64,000 nucleotides of DNA from an uncultured Methanosarcinales archaeon (lineage in GTDB: Archaea > Nanobdellota > Nanobdellia > Woesearchaeales > GW2011-AR9), in contig CAYFMJ010000001.1 in assembly GCA_964344235.1 (NCBI GenBank), positions 64,001 to 128,000 of the forward strand. Direction: 5' to 3'. Below, piece after piece: positions 1-8,894 of this stretch (position 1 is the first letter of the stretch; each line of letters starts with the position of its first letter). The notes below the pieces were generated by a model. The model searched no databases. It had not been told where the DNA came from and saw nothing but the letters and a program-made list of their open reading frames with translations. The translations under genes and the position numbers were made by a program.

Positions 1-233
1 CAATGCTTAGTGCAGGAACCAACTATTTTGAACAGATCAGAGCCTTACTTGCCGAATTCAACATTAAAACGTCTCCGGTAAACAACCATAAACTCAATGT
101 TAGAAAAGATGGAAGTGAAAGTTTATTACTTAGAATCGCCATCGAAAAAGGTTCGTTTAAGAATTTTCAAGAGCATATTGGTTTCGATCACCAAGAAAAG
201 AGAAAAAAATTAATTGCTGCTCTTAAAAATTAA
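1..233 (+). CDS. LAGLIDADG-family endonuclease, C-terminal part (5' truncated by window edge)
   Basis: Pattern 'S....EQIRALLAEFNIKT...LRIAI...F.EHIGFDH..K..KL' is typical of LAGLIDADG/DOD domain ends. It ends in its own stop codon, with no intein C-terminal HN-C/S/T. Confidence 0.65.
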   Translation, partial: MLSAGTNYFEQIRALLAEFNIKTSPVNNHKLNVRKDGSESLLLRIAIEKGSFKNFQEHIGFDHQEKRKKLIAALKN

Positions 234-237
234 AGAA

Positions 238-930
238 CTACGAATCACTGACAGAATAGCTGACTTCTTGGATGCCGCCGCCGTACGCTTGGAAGAGGAC
301 TTCTTTGACTGTAAGGTTGAAACCTTGTACGTAATAATTATCACCGTCTTGCAACCACTCGCTGAGCAGGCCGTTGATTCTTATACGCGCGCCTTTTGAT
401 TCTATGAGAGCAAGGGAAACGTTGTATTCTTTATCGTTGAGAGTGTGGGGAATTTCATCGCCAAGCGTGAGGGTCCAGGTTTCTTCGGCTGGTTCTGATT
501 CCTCTTCTTCTGGTTCTACTTCCGCAGGGTCAGTGTAATTCTCTGGTTTTGGTAAGCATTCAGCATTTTCGCAACCGAACTCACACGTTTTTGTTTTGAT
601 CCAGTCACAACTCTCCAGTTGGTAACCCATTTTTTTATCACTTTTACATTTGAATCCGGAGGTACAAACCTCTGCAGGAGGAGGTGGAGCACAAGCGTCA
701 TCAGCACAGCCGTGTTCACAGGTGGTTAAGTTCGACCAATCACAATCTTCATCCTGATATGCAATTTTCTTCTCGTCAACACATTTCATGCCAGCTGTGC
801 AAGCAGTTGTTGGTGTATCTGTTGTAGAGGCAGTGGTTGTGTTAGCGCCTGGTTGTTCAGTAAGGTCTGTTGAGGTACACCCTACAAGAAGAAGTACAGA
901 GCACAGAATAATGATTAACAGCCACCTCAT
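238..930 (-). CDS. Secreted lipoprotein with two 6-Cys repeats and a C-terminal QAYGGGI domain
   Basis: Signal peptide with lipobox LLLVGC; two tandem C-x5-C-x12-C-x7-C-x3-C-x4-C repeats. Start moved to ATG 930 (TATA-like TTTTATATAC at 955-964). Confidence 0.75.
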   Translation of the reverse strand: MRWLLIIILCSVLLLVGCTSTDLTEQPGANTTTASTTDTPTTACTAGMKCVDEKKIAYQDEDCDWSNLTTCEHGCADDACAPPPPAEVCTSGFKCKSDKKMGYQLESCDWIKTKTCEFGCENAECLPKPENYTDPAEVEPEEEESEPAEETWTLTLGDEIPHTLNDKEYNVSLALIESKGARIRINGLLSEWLQDGDNYYVQGFNLTVKEVLFQAYGGGIQEVSYSVSDS

Positions 931-985
931 TGTGTTGAAAATTAATTGATTCATGTATATAAAAGTATTCTTGCGACAAAAACAA

Positions 986-1738
986 TTAACGATAAATTTT
1001 AGGAGTGTGTTTTACTGTTGCGAGGTTTCTATTCCGTAATGCTTCTTCATATTTTAATTTTTTATTCCTATTGTTGAAGCCAATAACTTCCATATATTTC
1101 TTAACCCTTTTGTATCCGTTAATATAAATGCGGTGTGTTGTATAAGTTATGTCTCTCTTCCTATAATGCTGGGCTTCTTTTCTAAAATAATTATCTATGC
1201 CCAGTTCTTGAAATATTTTTGAACATTCTTCTGTTAGAATCTGCGATTTAAATCCACCTTGAACTATTGGGTATGCATTTGGTTTATGCTTTATTGTCAA
1301 ACAGAAATCAGCATCGGCTAAACCACGAAGAAACGCGGCTTTAATTTCCACATTACTCTCCAATATGCACTTTGGCACTGATATATTTCTTTTATTGTTT
1401 GGTATGCCAATGTTTCTTTTAAAGAATAAGCATATTGCTTTAGATTGTCTTCTTAGTTCTATTGAATTTTTCTCTTTCTTAATATCTTTGTGTAAACGTA
1501 CTTGAAATATGTCGTGCATTAATTTTCGGGCAAAGTCCATATGTTCTTCGTCCTTTATATTACCAGAGATGTTAATATTATAACAGCTTCTTCTTTTGTT
1601 GTGGTAAATACCAATATGCCCATCGCCAACAATAATTCCAATTAATTCTGCCAATTCTGGCGTAAGATGAGAAGGAAGGCAAATTCCTGCACTTTTATCT
1701 CCATTGCTTAATTCTATACTAGATAAATCAAATTTCAT
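986..1738 (-). CDS. Free-standing double-motif LAGLIDADG endonuclease
   Basis: Motifs LAELIGIIVGDG and FLRGLADAD. GGTGA Shine-Dalgarno (SD) precedes ATG 1738. Confidence 0.85.
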   Translation of the reverse strand: MKFDLSSIELSNGDKSAGICLPSHLTPELAELIGIIVGDGHIGIYHNKRRSCYNINISGNIKDEEHMDFARKLMHDIFQVRLHKDIKKEKNSIELRRQSKAICLFFKRNIGIPNNKRNISVPKCILESNVEIKAAFLRGLADADFCLTIKHKPNAYPIVQGGFKSQILTEECSKIFQELGIDNYFRKEAQHYRKRDITYTTHRIYINGYKRVKKYMEVIGFNNRNKKLKYEEALRNRNLATVKHTPKIYR

Positions 1739-1803
1739 TTTTATCACCTTTGTTTTACGCGAGATCAAAAACAAAGCGTGGAGAAATGCAATTTATTTAA
1801 TAC

Positions 1804-1835
1804 CTGCCAGTGGTTGTCTAGTGGGGAGTGGCTAG
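1804..1835 (-). promoter_or_regulatory. Conserved upstream element (core CCACTAGACAACCAC, 1810-1824), 9 nt upstream of TATA box TTAAATAA (1793-1800)
   Basis: 26/31 nt identical to 26944-26974; core recurs upstream of hef, gyrA and pcn. Confidence 0.75.
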
Positions 1836-1859
1836 TTTTTTGTTTATTATTGCCGGAAA

Positions 1860-1867
1860 TTATATAA
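1860..1867 (+). promoter_or_regulatory. TATA box of tRNA-Cys
   Basis: TTATATAA about 25-30 nt upstream of tRNA 5' end, preceded by purine-rich GGAAA (BRE-like). Confidence 0.6.
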
Positions 1868-1892
1868 AGGGACTTCTGCGAGAAATCTTTAA

Positions 1893-2024
1893 GGGTCAGT
1901 GGCCAAGTGGCTAAGACTAGTCTAGATTCTAGACTAGTAGTAAGCGGCCCCCTGCAGAGGGGCAGATCGAGGGAAGTACTTAGATTCTAAGTGCTCTCGA
2001 ATTCGAGTCCCTCCTGGCCCTCCA
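1893..2024 (+). tRNA. tRNA-Cys(GCA) with two introns (1916-1943 at 23/24; 1974-2001 at 53/54)
   Basis: Acceptor GGGTCAG/CTGGCCC, U73 discriminator, encoded CCA, anticodon arm GCCCC-CTGCAGA-GGGGC, T arm GAGGG-TTCGAGT-CCCTC. Each intron forms a 4-bp central helix with two 3-nt bulges. The spliced product is 76 nt. Confidence 0.92.
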
Positions 2025-2073
2025 TTTTCTAAATGTATTTAAACTGAAACCATTTGAAGTGTATTAAGAGAAA

Positions 2074-2484
2074 ATGAACAACAAAATTAAACTTGCCGGA
2101 TGTGTAATTCTAAAAGAAGATGCTATCCTTCTGCAACATAGAACAAAAAGAAATTGGTACGAATTACCAGGAGGAAAACTGGATGAAAACGAATCGCCAG
2201 AACAAACAGCAGTGAGAGAGCTTAAGGAAGAATTATGTTGTGATGTCGAGATTATTGAACAACTGGGAGTAAAAGACTTCGTGGAAGATGGTTTTACAAT
2301 GACTTATGTTTGGTTTCTTGCAAGAATTAAGGAAAATCAAGAGGTAAAAATTGGTGAACCAACTAAAATAAGCCATATTCATTATATCCCAATTAAAGAT
2401 CTCGAGTCTCATAACCTTTCACCCAACATGGAACGTCTATTAGAGGAGATTAAGCAAAAGAGAGTAAAATTATTTAAACCATAA
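2074..2484 (+). CDS. NUDIX hydrolase
   Basis: Nudix box GGKLDENESPEQTAVRELKEE. Confidence 0.9.
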   Translation: MNNKIKLAGCVILKEDAILLQHRTKRNWYELPGGKLDENESPEQTAVRELKEELCCDVEIIEQLGVKDFVEDGFTMTYVWFLARIKENQEVKIGEPTKISHIHYIPIKDLESHNLSPNMERLLEEIKQKRVKLFKP

Positions 2485-2499
2485 TTATAATCTCAGTAC

Positions 2500-3588
2500 A
2501 TGAATAAAAAAGCAATCTCCTCTTTAGAGCTAGCGGCACTTGTACAAGAATTGCAGTTTATTGTGAAAGGAAAGGTTTCGCAGATTTATCATCAGGAGAA
2601 GAAGGAGTTACTGCTACAATTACATGCACCAGGGCAGGGTAAACAATTGTTAAAGATAATTCCAGGGAAATTGTTGTGTTTAACGGACAGGAAAAAAGCA
2701 GGAAGTTTACGGCCAACAGGGTTTTGTATGCAGTTGCGGAAATATATCAATAATGCATTTATCAAAAGTATTCAGCAAAAAGATTCAGAACGAATTGTTG
2801 TATTTGAGTTGGAGAAAAAGGAGAAGTATTATTTGATTGTTGAATTGTTTTCCAAGGGGAATATTGTATTAGTTGATGGCAACTATAAGATTATTGCAAC
2901 GTTAACATGGCAGAAGTGGAAAGATAGGACTGTAAAGCCGGGAGAAGAATATCTCTTTCCAGAATCGCGAGTTAATTGGAAAACAATTAGTGAACCTATG
3001 TTTAAATCGTTGGTGGAAAAGAGTGAGAAGAAGAATCTGGCTACAGCTCTGGCAACAGAATTGGGCTTAGGTGGAGTGTATGCGGAGGATTTATGTTTAC
3101 GAGTGGGTGTTGATAAGAATATTGTGCCCACGGATGTGACGGCAGCACAGGCTGGGTTGTTGTTTCAGGGACTGCAAGAGATGTTAGTGTTGTTAGAAAA
3201 CCCAAAGGGGTGGATTTACGAGGAACAGGTAACGCCGTTTCCTCTTGCTGAAGAAAAAGATGAAAGGAGAACAAAGACGTATAATGAGGCGATCAATACA
3301 CTCAATCCGTTTCAAAAGAAGTCGCCGTATGAGCAAAAGATCGCTGCAATTGAGAAGACTATTGCGACACAGCAGGAAGCGATTGAGAGTTTGAAACTGA
3401 AGATTGAAGAGAATGGTAGGAAAGGAGAAAGGGTTTATGAGGAGTATGCTAACTTGCAGAAGTTGTTAGATATCGTGAAAGAGTTGCGGAAAACAGCGAC
3501 GTGGGAAGAGGTTAAAGGAGAGTTAACAAAAGAGAAGAAAATCAGTTCTGTTAATCTGAAGAAGAAAACTGTAATGATTGAGTTATGA
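2500..3588 (+). CDS. NFACT/RqcH (Rqc2/FbpA)-family protein, N-terminal domain and coiled coil only
   Basis: Typical NFACT-N motifs (F.MQLRKYI, ERIVVF, LIVELFSKGNIVLVD) and HhH-like LGLGGVYAED; ends before the RNA-binding domain. Confidence 0.8.
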   Translation: MNKKAISSLELAALVQELQFIVKGKVSQIYHQEKKELLLQLHAPGQGKQLLKIIPGKLLCLTDRKKAGSLRPTGFCMQLRKYINNAFIKSIQQKDSERIVVFELEKKEKYYLIVELFSKGNIVLVDGNYKIIATLTWQKWKDRTVKPGEEYLFPESRVNWKTISEPMFKSLVEKSEKKNLATALATELGLGGVYAEDLCLRVGVDKNIVPTDVTAAQAGLLFQGLQEMLVLLENPKGWIYEEQVTPFPLAEEKDERRTKTYNEAINTLNPFQKKSPYEQKIAAIEKTIATQQEAIESLKLKIEENGRKGERVYEEYANLQKLLDIVKELRKTATWEEVKGELTKEKKISSVNLKKKTVMIEL

Positions 3589-4284
3589 TTTTTGCATGTA
3601 ATATGCTCTTTTTTCTGAAGAGAATTTTTCTATCGCGTACCGTAGCATTGTGCGGGGCATTGTTTTATAGTGTTGTTGGAGGAACTGTTCTTCAAGAGGT
3701 TGATCTCTCTTTCCAATCTCACGTAACATCCAGCCAACTGCTTTATGGATGAGATCGTGTTTATCGTTGACTAAGATTTCGGCAATTTCTAGAGAATCTG
3801 TAAATTGGTTTTTGTGAATAAACCAGAATGTTGCTAAAATGGAGATACGGCGGTCCCAGAGGTTATCTGATTGAGCGAGGGCGTGGAGAAGTGACTTATC
3901 TTTGTCTAACAAATATCTGCCAATAACTTTATGTGCAGTTACATCAATTAAATCCCAGTTATTAGCGTATTGTTTGTGGTTAATGTAGAAATCAAATATT
4001 TCTTTTTGTTCTTCTGGTGTCGCTTTTTCAAATTTATATGTAAGAATGATGAATGAGGTAAGCCTTACTTCGTGGTATTTGCTTTTGATTGATTTCGAAA
4101 GCTCTGCAAGAGAAATGTTCACATATTTCTTAGCAATCTTTCGTTGTTCAGGGACTGTGATTCCGAGAAATACATCACCTTCACCATATTGCCCAGGGCC
4201 TGTTTTGAAGAATCGTTGTAGTACTTTTGCTTTCTCTGGGTTTTTGCGTTGCTGCAGTTCTGTGAGGAGTTGAGAGAGCATCAT
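3583..4284 (-). CDS. alkD: DNA alkylation repair protein (AlkD family)
   Basis: FFKTGPGQYGEGDVFLG, NNWDLID, KAVGWMLRE, MPRTMLRYAIE. Confidence 0.9.
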   Translation of the reverse strand: MMLSQLLTELQQRKNPEKAKVLQRFFKTGPGQYGEGDVFLGITVPEQRKIAKKYVNISLAELSKSIKSKYHEVRLTSFIILTYKFEKATPEEQKEIFDFYINHKQYANNWDLIDVTAHKVIGRYLLDKDKSLLHALAQSDNLWDRRISILATFWFIHKNQFTDSLEIAEILVNDKHDLIHKAVGWMLREIGKRDQPLEEQFLQQHYKTMPRTMLRYAIEKFSSEKRAYYMQKS

Positions 4285-5042
4285 TTCTTGTTTTTGGTAA
4301 AGCCTTCAAACGATCTGAGAACCTCCAATGGAACTGCAAAAATAATGGTGTTGCTTTGATCACTTGAAATATCATTAATACTTTGAAGAGTTCGTAGGTG
4401 AAGTGCCCCCGGTGCTTCTGCTAGCATTTCTGCGGCTTTGGCCATGTTTGTTGCAGCAACTTTCTCCCCATCTGCTTTGATGATTACTGCTCTTTTTTCT
4501 CTCTCGGACTCTGCCTCTTTAGCCATGATCCGTTTCATATCATTCGGTAATTCAATGTGTTTTAAGTCAACAGAATCAACAATAATTCCCCACGGGTCGG
4601 TTGCTTTGTCAACAAGCTGTTGGATCCTTTTTGATAATTGATCTCTTTTATTTAATAAGTCATCAAGTGGAACTTCCCCCACCACATCACGCATTGTTGT
4701 TTGTGATAATTGTGAAGTCGCAAAAAAGAAATCCTCCACTTCCAAGATGGCTTTCATTGCATCACCAATTTTAAAGTACAGTACTGCATTAACACGGACA
4801 GAAACGTTATCTTTTGTAATACAATCCTGATCTGGAACGTCAACAGCTTTAACCCGTAAGTCAACGCGCTGCCAGGATTGAATAATGGGAATGACTAACC
4901 GCAATCCTGGTTTTAGAATACCAGAGTATCTTCCCAGAGTGAATTTAACTCCCCGCTGGTATTCTTTAACAATTTTTAATCCAGATAAAACGAAAAAAAC
5001 AACGACTATGAGGGGGATATGTAGAAATGTAATGCTAACCAT
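4281..5042 (-). CDS. SPFH/band-7 (stomatin-like) membrane protein
   Basis: N-terminal TM helix, ITKDNVSVRVNAV, AESEREKRAVII, ALHLRTLQ. Start moved to ATG 5042. Confidence 0.9.
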   Translation of the reverse strand: MVSITFLHIPLIVVVFFVLSGLKIVKEYQRGVKFTLGRYSGILKPGLRLVIPIIQSWQRVDLRVKAVDVPDQDCITKDNVSVRVNAVLYFKIGDAMKAILEVEDFFFATSQLSQTTMRDVVGEVPLDDLLNKRDQLSKRIQQLVDKATDPWGIIVDSVDLKHIELPNDMKRIMAKEAESEREKRAVIIKADGEKVAATNMAKAAEMLAEAPGALHLRTLQSINDISSDQSNTIIFAVPLEVLRSFEGFTKNKK

Positions 5043-5149
5043 TCTTTTCACGTGGCAAATGAGGTATTTTAATGTTTCGATGATTGAGACCACAACCCAC
5101 TCGACAACTGCGAGTAGAGAATATAAATGAGTAATTCTGTGGGGAATCT

Positions 5150-5500
5150 ATGCAAGAGGTGTTAGCAAAATTGGAGCGGTCGAGGTTTCGCAGAAAGTTT
5201 CGTTTGTCTGAGAACGATATTGAGTATATTCAGCGAAAAACGGTTGAAGTGATGTATGATCATGCAGAGGGTTTTATCCGAGAGCGGTTACGGGAGTACC
5301 CTAGAAATGATGGAAAACAAACGCCGTGGAAAGGACATCCTGTGTTTATTGCGCAACATGCCACAGCCACTTGTTGCAGAGGATGCATGGCGAAGTGGCA
5401 TAACATTCCAAAGAATGTTGTGATGGATGAAGAACAAATTGCGTATGTAAGGGATATTATTATGACCTGGATGTGTGGGCAAATAGTAGAACATGATTGA
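5150..5500 (+). CDS. DUF4186-family protein
   Basis: SRFRRKFRL, NDGKQTPWKGHPVFIAQHATATCCRGC..KWH. Confidence 0.85.
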   Translation: MQEVLAKLERSRFRRKFRLSENDIEYIQRKTVEVMYDHAEGFIRERLREYPRNDGKQTPWKGHPVFIAQHATATCCRGCMAKWHNIPKNVVMDEEQIAYVRDIIMTWMCGQIVEHD

Positions 5501-6221
5501 GCAATCATTTGTATTTTTAGAGAGAATTGGGTTCAGGAAAGAGAGAGGTATTTGGCAACAGGGAATTAGGACATGGCAGGATTTCTTACTGTGTGAGAAC
5601 ATCCGAGGGGTTTCTGGGAAGAGAAAAGGCCATTATAATCGGAAGATACAGGAAGCGCAGCAGGCGTTGTGGCGGGGAGATTATTCTTATTTTATTGGAA
5701 AGTTGCCTCAAAAAGAGATGTGGCGGTTGTATCCGTTTGTTAAAGAAGAGTGTTGTTTTGTAGATATTGAGATTGATGGAAATGGAAGAATCGTGGTTGT
5801 GGGTGTTTCAAATTATTTTCAAACGAATTTCTTTGTGAGAGGGGTTAATTTGCAGAAAGAAATGGTTGAGAGGGAGCTGGGGAAGTATAAGGCAATAATT
5901 ACATTTAATGGCGGAGCGTTTGATGTGCCAAAACTGTGGAAGGAGTTAGGCGTTGACGTTGGGATGATACATATTGACTTAAAGCCGCTGTGTGTGAATA
6001 TGGAAATGAAAGGTGGTTTGAAAGAGGTAGAGAGACAGTTGCAGTTACGGAGACCATTTCATTTATATGGGAATCCTATTGATCTATGGAAAGCGTTTCA
6101 CGCTTCTGGTGATAGAGAATATTTGGAGTTGCTTCTCGATTATAATAGAGAGGATTGTGAAAATTTGAAGAACATTATGGAATTTGTCTATAAGGGGATG
6201 GTAAAAAATTATATAAACTGA
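5493..6221 (+). CDS. RNase H-like (YprB/RNase_H_2) exonuclease-domain protein
   Basis: DIE, TFNG..FDVP, HIDL, GGLKEVE, LLDYNREDC motifs. Confidence 0.8.
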   Translation: MIEQSFVFLERIGFRKERGIWQQGIRTWQDFLLCENIRGVSGKRKGHYNRKIQEAQQALWRGDYSYFIGKLPQKEMWRLYPFVKEECCFVDIEIDGNGRIVVVGVSNYFQTNFFVRGVNLQKEMVERELGKYKAIITFNGGAFDVPKLWKELGVDVGMIHIDLKPLCVNMEMKGGLKEVERQLQLRRPFHLYGNPIDLWKAFHASGDREYLELLLDYNREDCENLKNIMEFVYKGMVKNYIN

Positions 6222-6238
6222 TGATGTCTCTTTAGGTT

Positions 6239-7360
6239 ATGCCACAAAAAGTAACGCCTTGGGAAGTGCAAGGAAATATTGATTATAACAAGTTGATAAA
6301 AGAGTTTGGAGTTTCCAAGGTTGATAAAGCGTTGATGAAGAGAATTGAAAAGAAAGCCGGGTCACTTCATCATTTACTGCGTAGAGGAATTTTTTTTGCA
6401 CATAGAGATTTGAAGTTTGTTTTAGATGAGTATGATAAAGGTAACAAGTTCTTTTTGTATACCGGGAGAGCACCCTCCGGGCCAGTTCATTTGGGCCATC
6501 TTGTCCCGTGGATGTTTACAAAGTGGTTACAGGATGCGTTTAATGTAGAGTTGTATTTCCAATTTCCAGATGAAGAAAAGTTTCTGTTCAAGAAAGGGTT
6601 GAGCTGGGAGGATAGCCAGAAATATTTACATGAAAATATGTTAGATGTGATCGCACTTGGTTTTGACCCGAAGAAAACGCATTTTATTATTGACACAAAA
6701 CATGCGAACTTAATGTATCCTGAAGCGTTGAAAGTGGCGAAGGGAATAACATTCTCCACCGTCAAAGCGGCATTTGGGTTAAAGAATGAGAGTAATCTTG
6801 GACAAATTTTTTACACTGCTATGCAAGCTGTTCCTGCATTCTTACCGAGTGTGTTGAAGAAGAAGAAAATCCCGTGTTTAATTCCGCATGCCATTGACCA
6901 AGACCCACATTTTAGAGTGTCACGAGACGTGATTCCAAAGTTAGGGTATTACAAACCGGCATCAATTCAATGTCGTTTCTTGCCAGGGTTAGCTGGAATG
7001 GAAACTGACGGCAAGATGTCTTCCTCTATTGAGCACACCGCGATTTATACAACAGATGATGCAAAGACTGTTAAGAAGAAAATTAACAAATATGCGTTTT
7101 CTGGTGGTGGAGTAACGGTAGAGGAACATCGTAAAAAAGGCGGTAAACCGGAGATTGATGTAGCGTATCAATGGCTAACGTTTTTTGAAGAAGATGATAA
7201 GAAGCTAGAGAGAATCTACCGTGATTACAAATCAGGGAAATTGTTGAGTGGAGAATTGAAAGCAATTTTGATTGAGAAGTTGAATGCTTTCTTAGCGGAA
7301 CATCAAAAGAAACGGAAAAAAGCTGCAGCGAAAATTGACAAATTTATTCTGAAGGGGTAA
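6239..7360 (+). CDS. trpS: Tryptophanyl-tRNA synthetase (archaeal/eukaryal type)
   Basis: VTPWEV, LYTGRAPS..HLGH, AIDQDPHFR, KMSSS. Confidence 0.95.
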   Translation: MPQKVTPWEVQGNIDYNKLIKEFGVSKVDKALMKRIEKKAGSLHHLLRRGIFFAHRDLKFVLDEYDKGNKFFLYTGRAPSGPVHLGHLVPWMFTKWLQDAFNVELYFQFPDEEKFLFKKGLSWEDSQKYLHENMLDVIALGFDPKKTHFIIDTKHANLMYPEALKVAKGITFSTVKAAFGLKNESNLGQIFYTAMQAVPAFLPSVLKKKKIPCLIPHAIDQDPHFRVSRDVIPKLGYYKPASIQCRFLPGLAGMETDGKMSSSIEHTAIYTTDDAKTVKKKINKYAFSGGGVTVEEHRKKGGKPEIDVAYQWLTFFEEDDKKLERIYRDYKSGKLLSGELKAILIEKLNAFLAEHQKKRKKAAAKIDKFILKG

Positions 7361-7414
7361 GCAAACCTTTAAAAACATGCGAAATATTCTTTCCGTAAAG
7401 AGGTGATAGAGTTT

Positions 7415-7645
7415 ATGGCTCGTAGAAAAGGCACGAAGCGTTCTCCACGAAAACGGCCACCAAAGTGGCATGCTGTTCCATTAAAAGGAAGTTTCATGGT
7501 GTTGGCAATTGTTGGGTTCTTTGTGAGTGCGTATATGGTATACCCCGCAAATAAGAGTTACGGTGTTGCGTTTCTCTTAGTATTTACGGCGATGTTTATT
7601 GCTTCCCTGATTAGTATGACAAAAGCACCAGTGATTGGACAATAA
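7415..7645 (+). CDS. Small two-TM membrane protein with basic N-terminus
   Basis: GAGGTGA SD before ATG 7415; two hydrophobic helices. Confidence 0.7.
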   Translation: MARRKGTKRSPRKRPPKWHAVPLKGSFMVLAIVGFFVSAYMVYPANKSYGVAFLLVFTAMFIASLISMTKAPVIGQ

Positions 7646-7646
7646 A

Positions 7647-8087
7647 ATGGCAGAGAAACAATTACAGTGGACATTCCCGCAGAGGACTGTTAATTTTTTA
7701 CGGTTGGAGTTACTTGCAGTAGGCATTTTAGCAGTGTTAATTTTCATTGTAACATGGGTACAAGGAGAGAGTGCATTTTTCTCACTGATTATGGGCCTGC
7801 TGTTTGTTGGGATCTATTTTTTAGTATCGTTTGTTATTCAGCGGATCAGATCTGCAGAAGAGCAGTATAAGGCTAGTGGGACGCATCTTCAGGTAACAAG
7901 AAAAACTCGTTTTTCAACAAAGAAAGAGAAAGTGCATTTGAAGAAGATTCATCACCATAAATTAGATAGAGCATTTCTTGGTGGGTATGCATTAAGTCAT
8001 AAAGGCAAACACTTACTGTTTTTTAACAATACCAATGAGTTAGAGAAGTTTGATAAGCATGTTAAGAAACATGGAAAAAAGAAATAA
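7647..8087 (+). CDS. Two-TM membrane protein with soluble C-terminal domain
   Basis: ATG immediately after the upstream stop; two hydrophobic segments. Confidence 0.7.
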   Translation: MAEKQLQWTFPQRTVNFLRLELLAVGILAVLIFIVTWVQGESAFFSLIMGLLFVGIYFLVSFVIQRIRSAEEQYKASGTHLQVTRKTRFSTKKEKVHLKKIHHHKLDRAFLGGYALSHKGKHLLFFNNTNELEKFDKHVKKHGKKK

Positions 8088-8387
8088 TTAGTGTTTGAAT
8101 TTCTTGTCGAACTTCTCTTTTGCTTTGTTCTCTTTCCAGAATACTTCATGAGAAGCTCTTTTTTCAAATAAAGCAATTGCCAATTGCGTGGTTGTTTCTT
8201 CTGTGTTAATTGCTTTCTTAATAGCAAGACTTTTCGCATCTTCTAGGCATTCTTCGAGGATCCGGAAGTTGGTTCTGCGACATGCTGCTTCAACTTGTTT
8301 CTCTTCTTCTTCAGTGAGATACATTTCTTCCCAAATTGGATACGAAGAGTCCGGTTTTGTCCGGGGAAAGGTCTTTGAGAAAGGCAT
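8088..8387 (-). CDS. Hypothetical protein (helical)
   Basis: ORF from ATG 8387 (MPFSKTFP...WEE..L.EEEE) with protein-like composition. Confidence 0.65.
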   Translation of the reverse strand: MPFSKTFPRTKPDSSYPIWEEMYLTEEEEKQVEAACRRTNFRILEECLEDAKSLAIKKAINTEETTTQLAIALFEKRASHEVFWKENKAKEKFDKKFKH

Positions 8388-8418
8388 AATAGTTTGAGAG
8401 AAGGATTCAATATAAACG

Positions 8419-8679
8419 TTATGCTTTCTTTTTTTGTTTTTGCAGAAATTGAGAACCTTGTGCAGTGATAGATACAACATGGGCCGCCCGGCCGTTTGAA
8501 GGATGTTTCTTTATGGTCTTAATGGTTACTTGGCCAAAATCCTGCAGTTCTTGACAATTGGCTTTAATTGTTCTATAACCCGTATTAACTTTACGTTCAA
8601 GAATGGCGTACGTCGCGGGTTGCTCCTGTAAGTGATGGAGGATATCCTTTTTTATGTTGTATGAAGAACGCTTGGACAT
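8419..8679 (-). CDS. Small winged-helix DNA-binding protein
   Basis: ILHHL...TYAILERKVNTGYRTIKANCQELQDFGQV is a wHTH pattern with a wing. Confidence 0.65.
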   Translation of the reverse strand: MSKRSSYNIKKDILHHLQEQPATYAILERKVNTGYRTIKANCQELQDFGQVTIKTIKKHPSNGRAAHVVSITAQGSQFLQKQKKKA

Positions 8680-8734
8680 ACTGCAATATTGGTATAAAGC
8701 TTAAATATTACTACCGCACAAATTTGCAGTAAGC

Positions 8735-8863
8735 ATGGTGAAACTAATTGATTTGACGTGGTGGCTGGTCAAAAAGAAAATCTTGCCGCTTGACGTGTAT
8801 TTTTGGTTATATCAAAGGCAGTACGAGAAAGAATGGAGAAAAAGAAAGAGCGTAAAGGTGTAA
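8735..8863 (+). CDS. Possible 42-aa small protein
   Basis: Open frame MVKLIDLTWWLVKKKILPLDVYFWLYQRQYEKEWRKRKSVKV fills the intergenic gap; below ORF-track cutoff. Confidence 0.4.
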   Translation: MVKLIDLTWWLVKKKILPLDVYFWLYQRQYEKEWRKRKSVKV

Positions 8864-8894
8864 TCTTTTTATAGTGCGGCGCGATTAAAGGAAT

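Noticed and set aside
986-1738. LAGLIDADG ORFs as intein or intron-encoded fragments
   Set aside because: Both complete ORFs have their own promoter, start and stop, lack splicing-domain motifs and lie outside the short tRNA introns.
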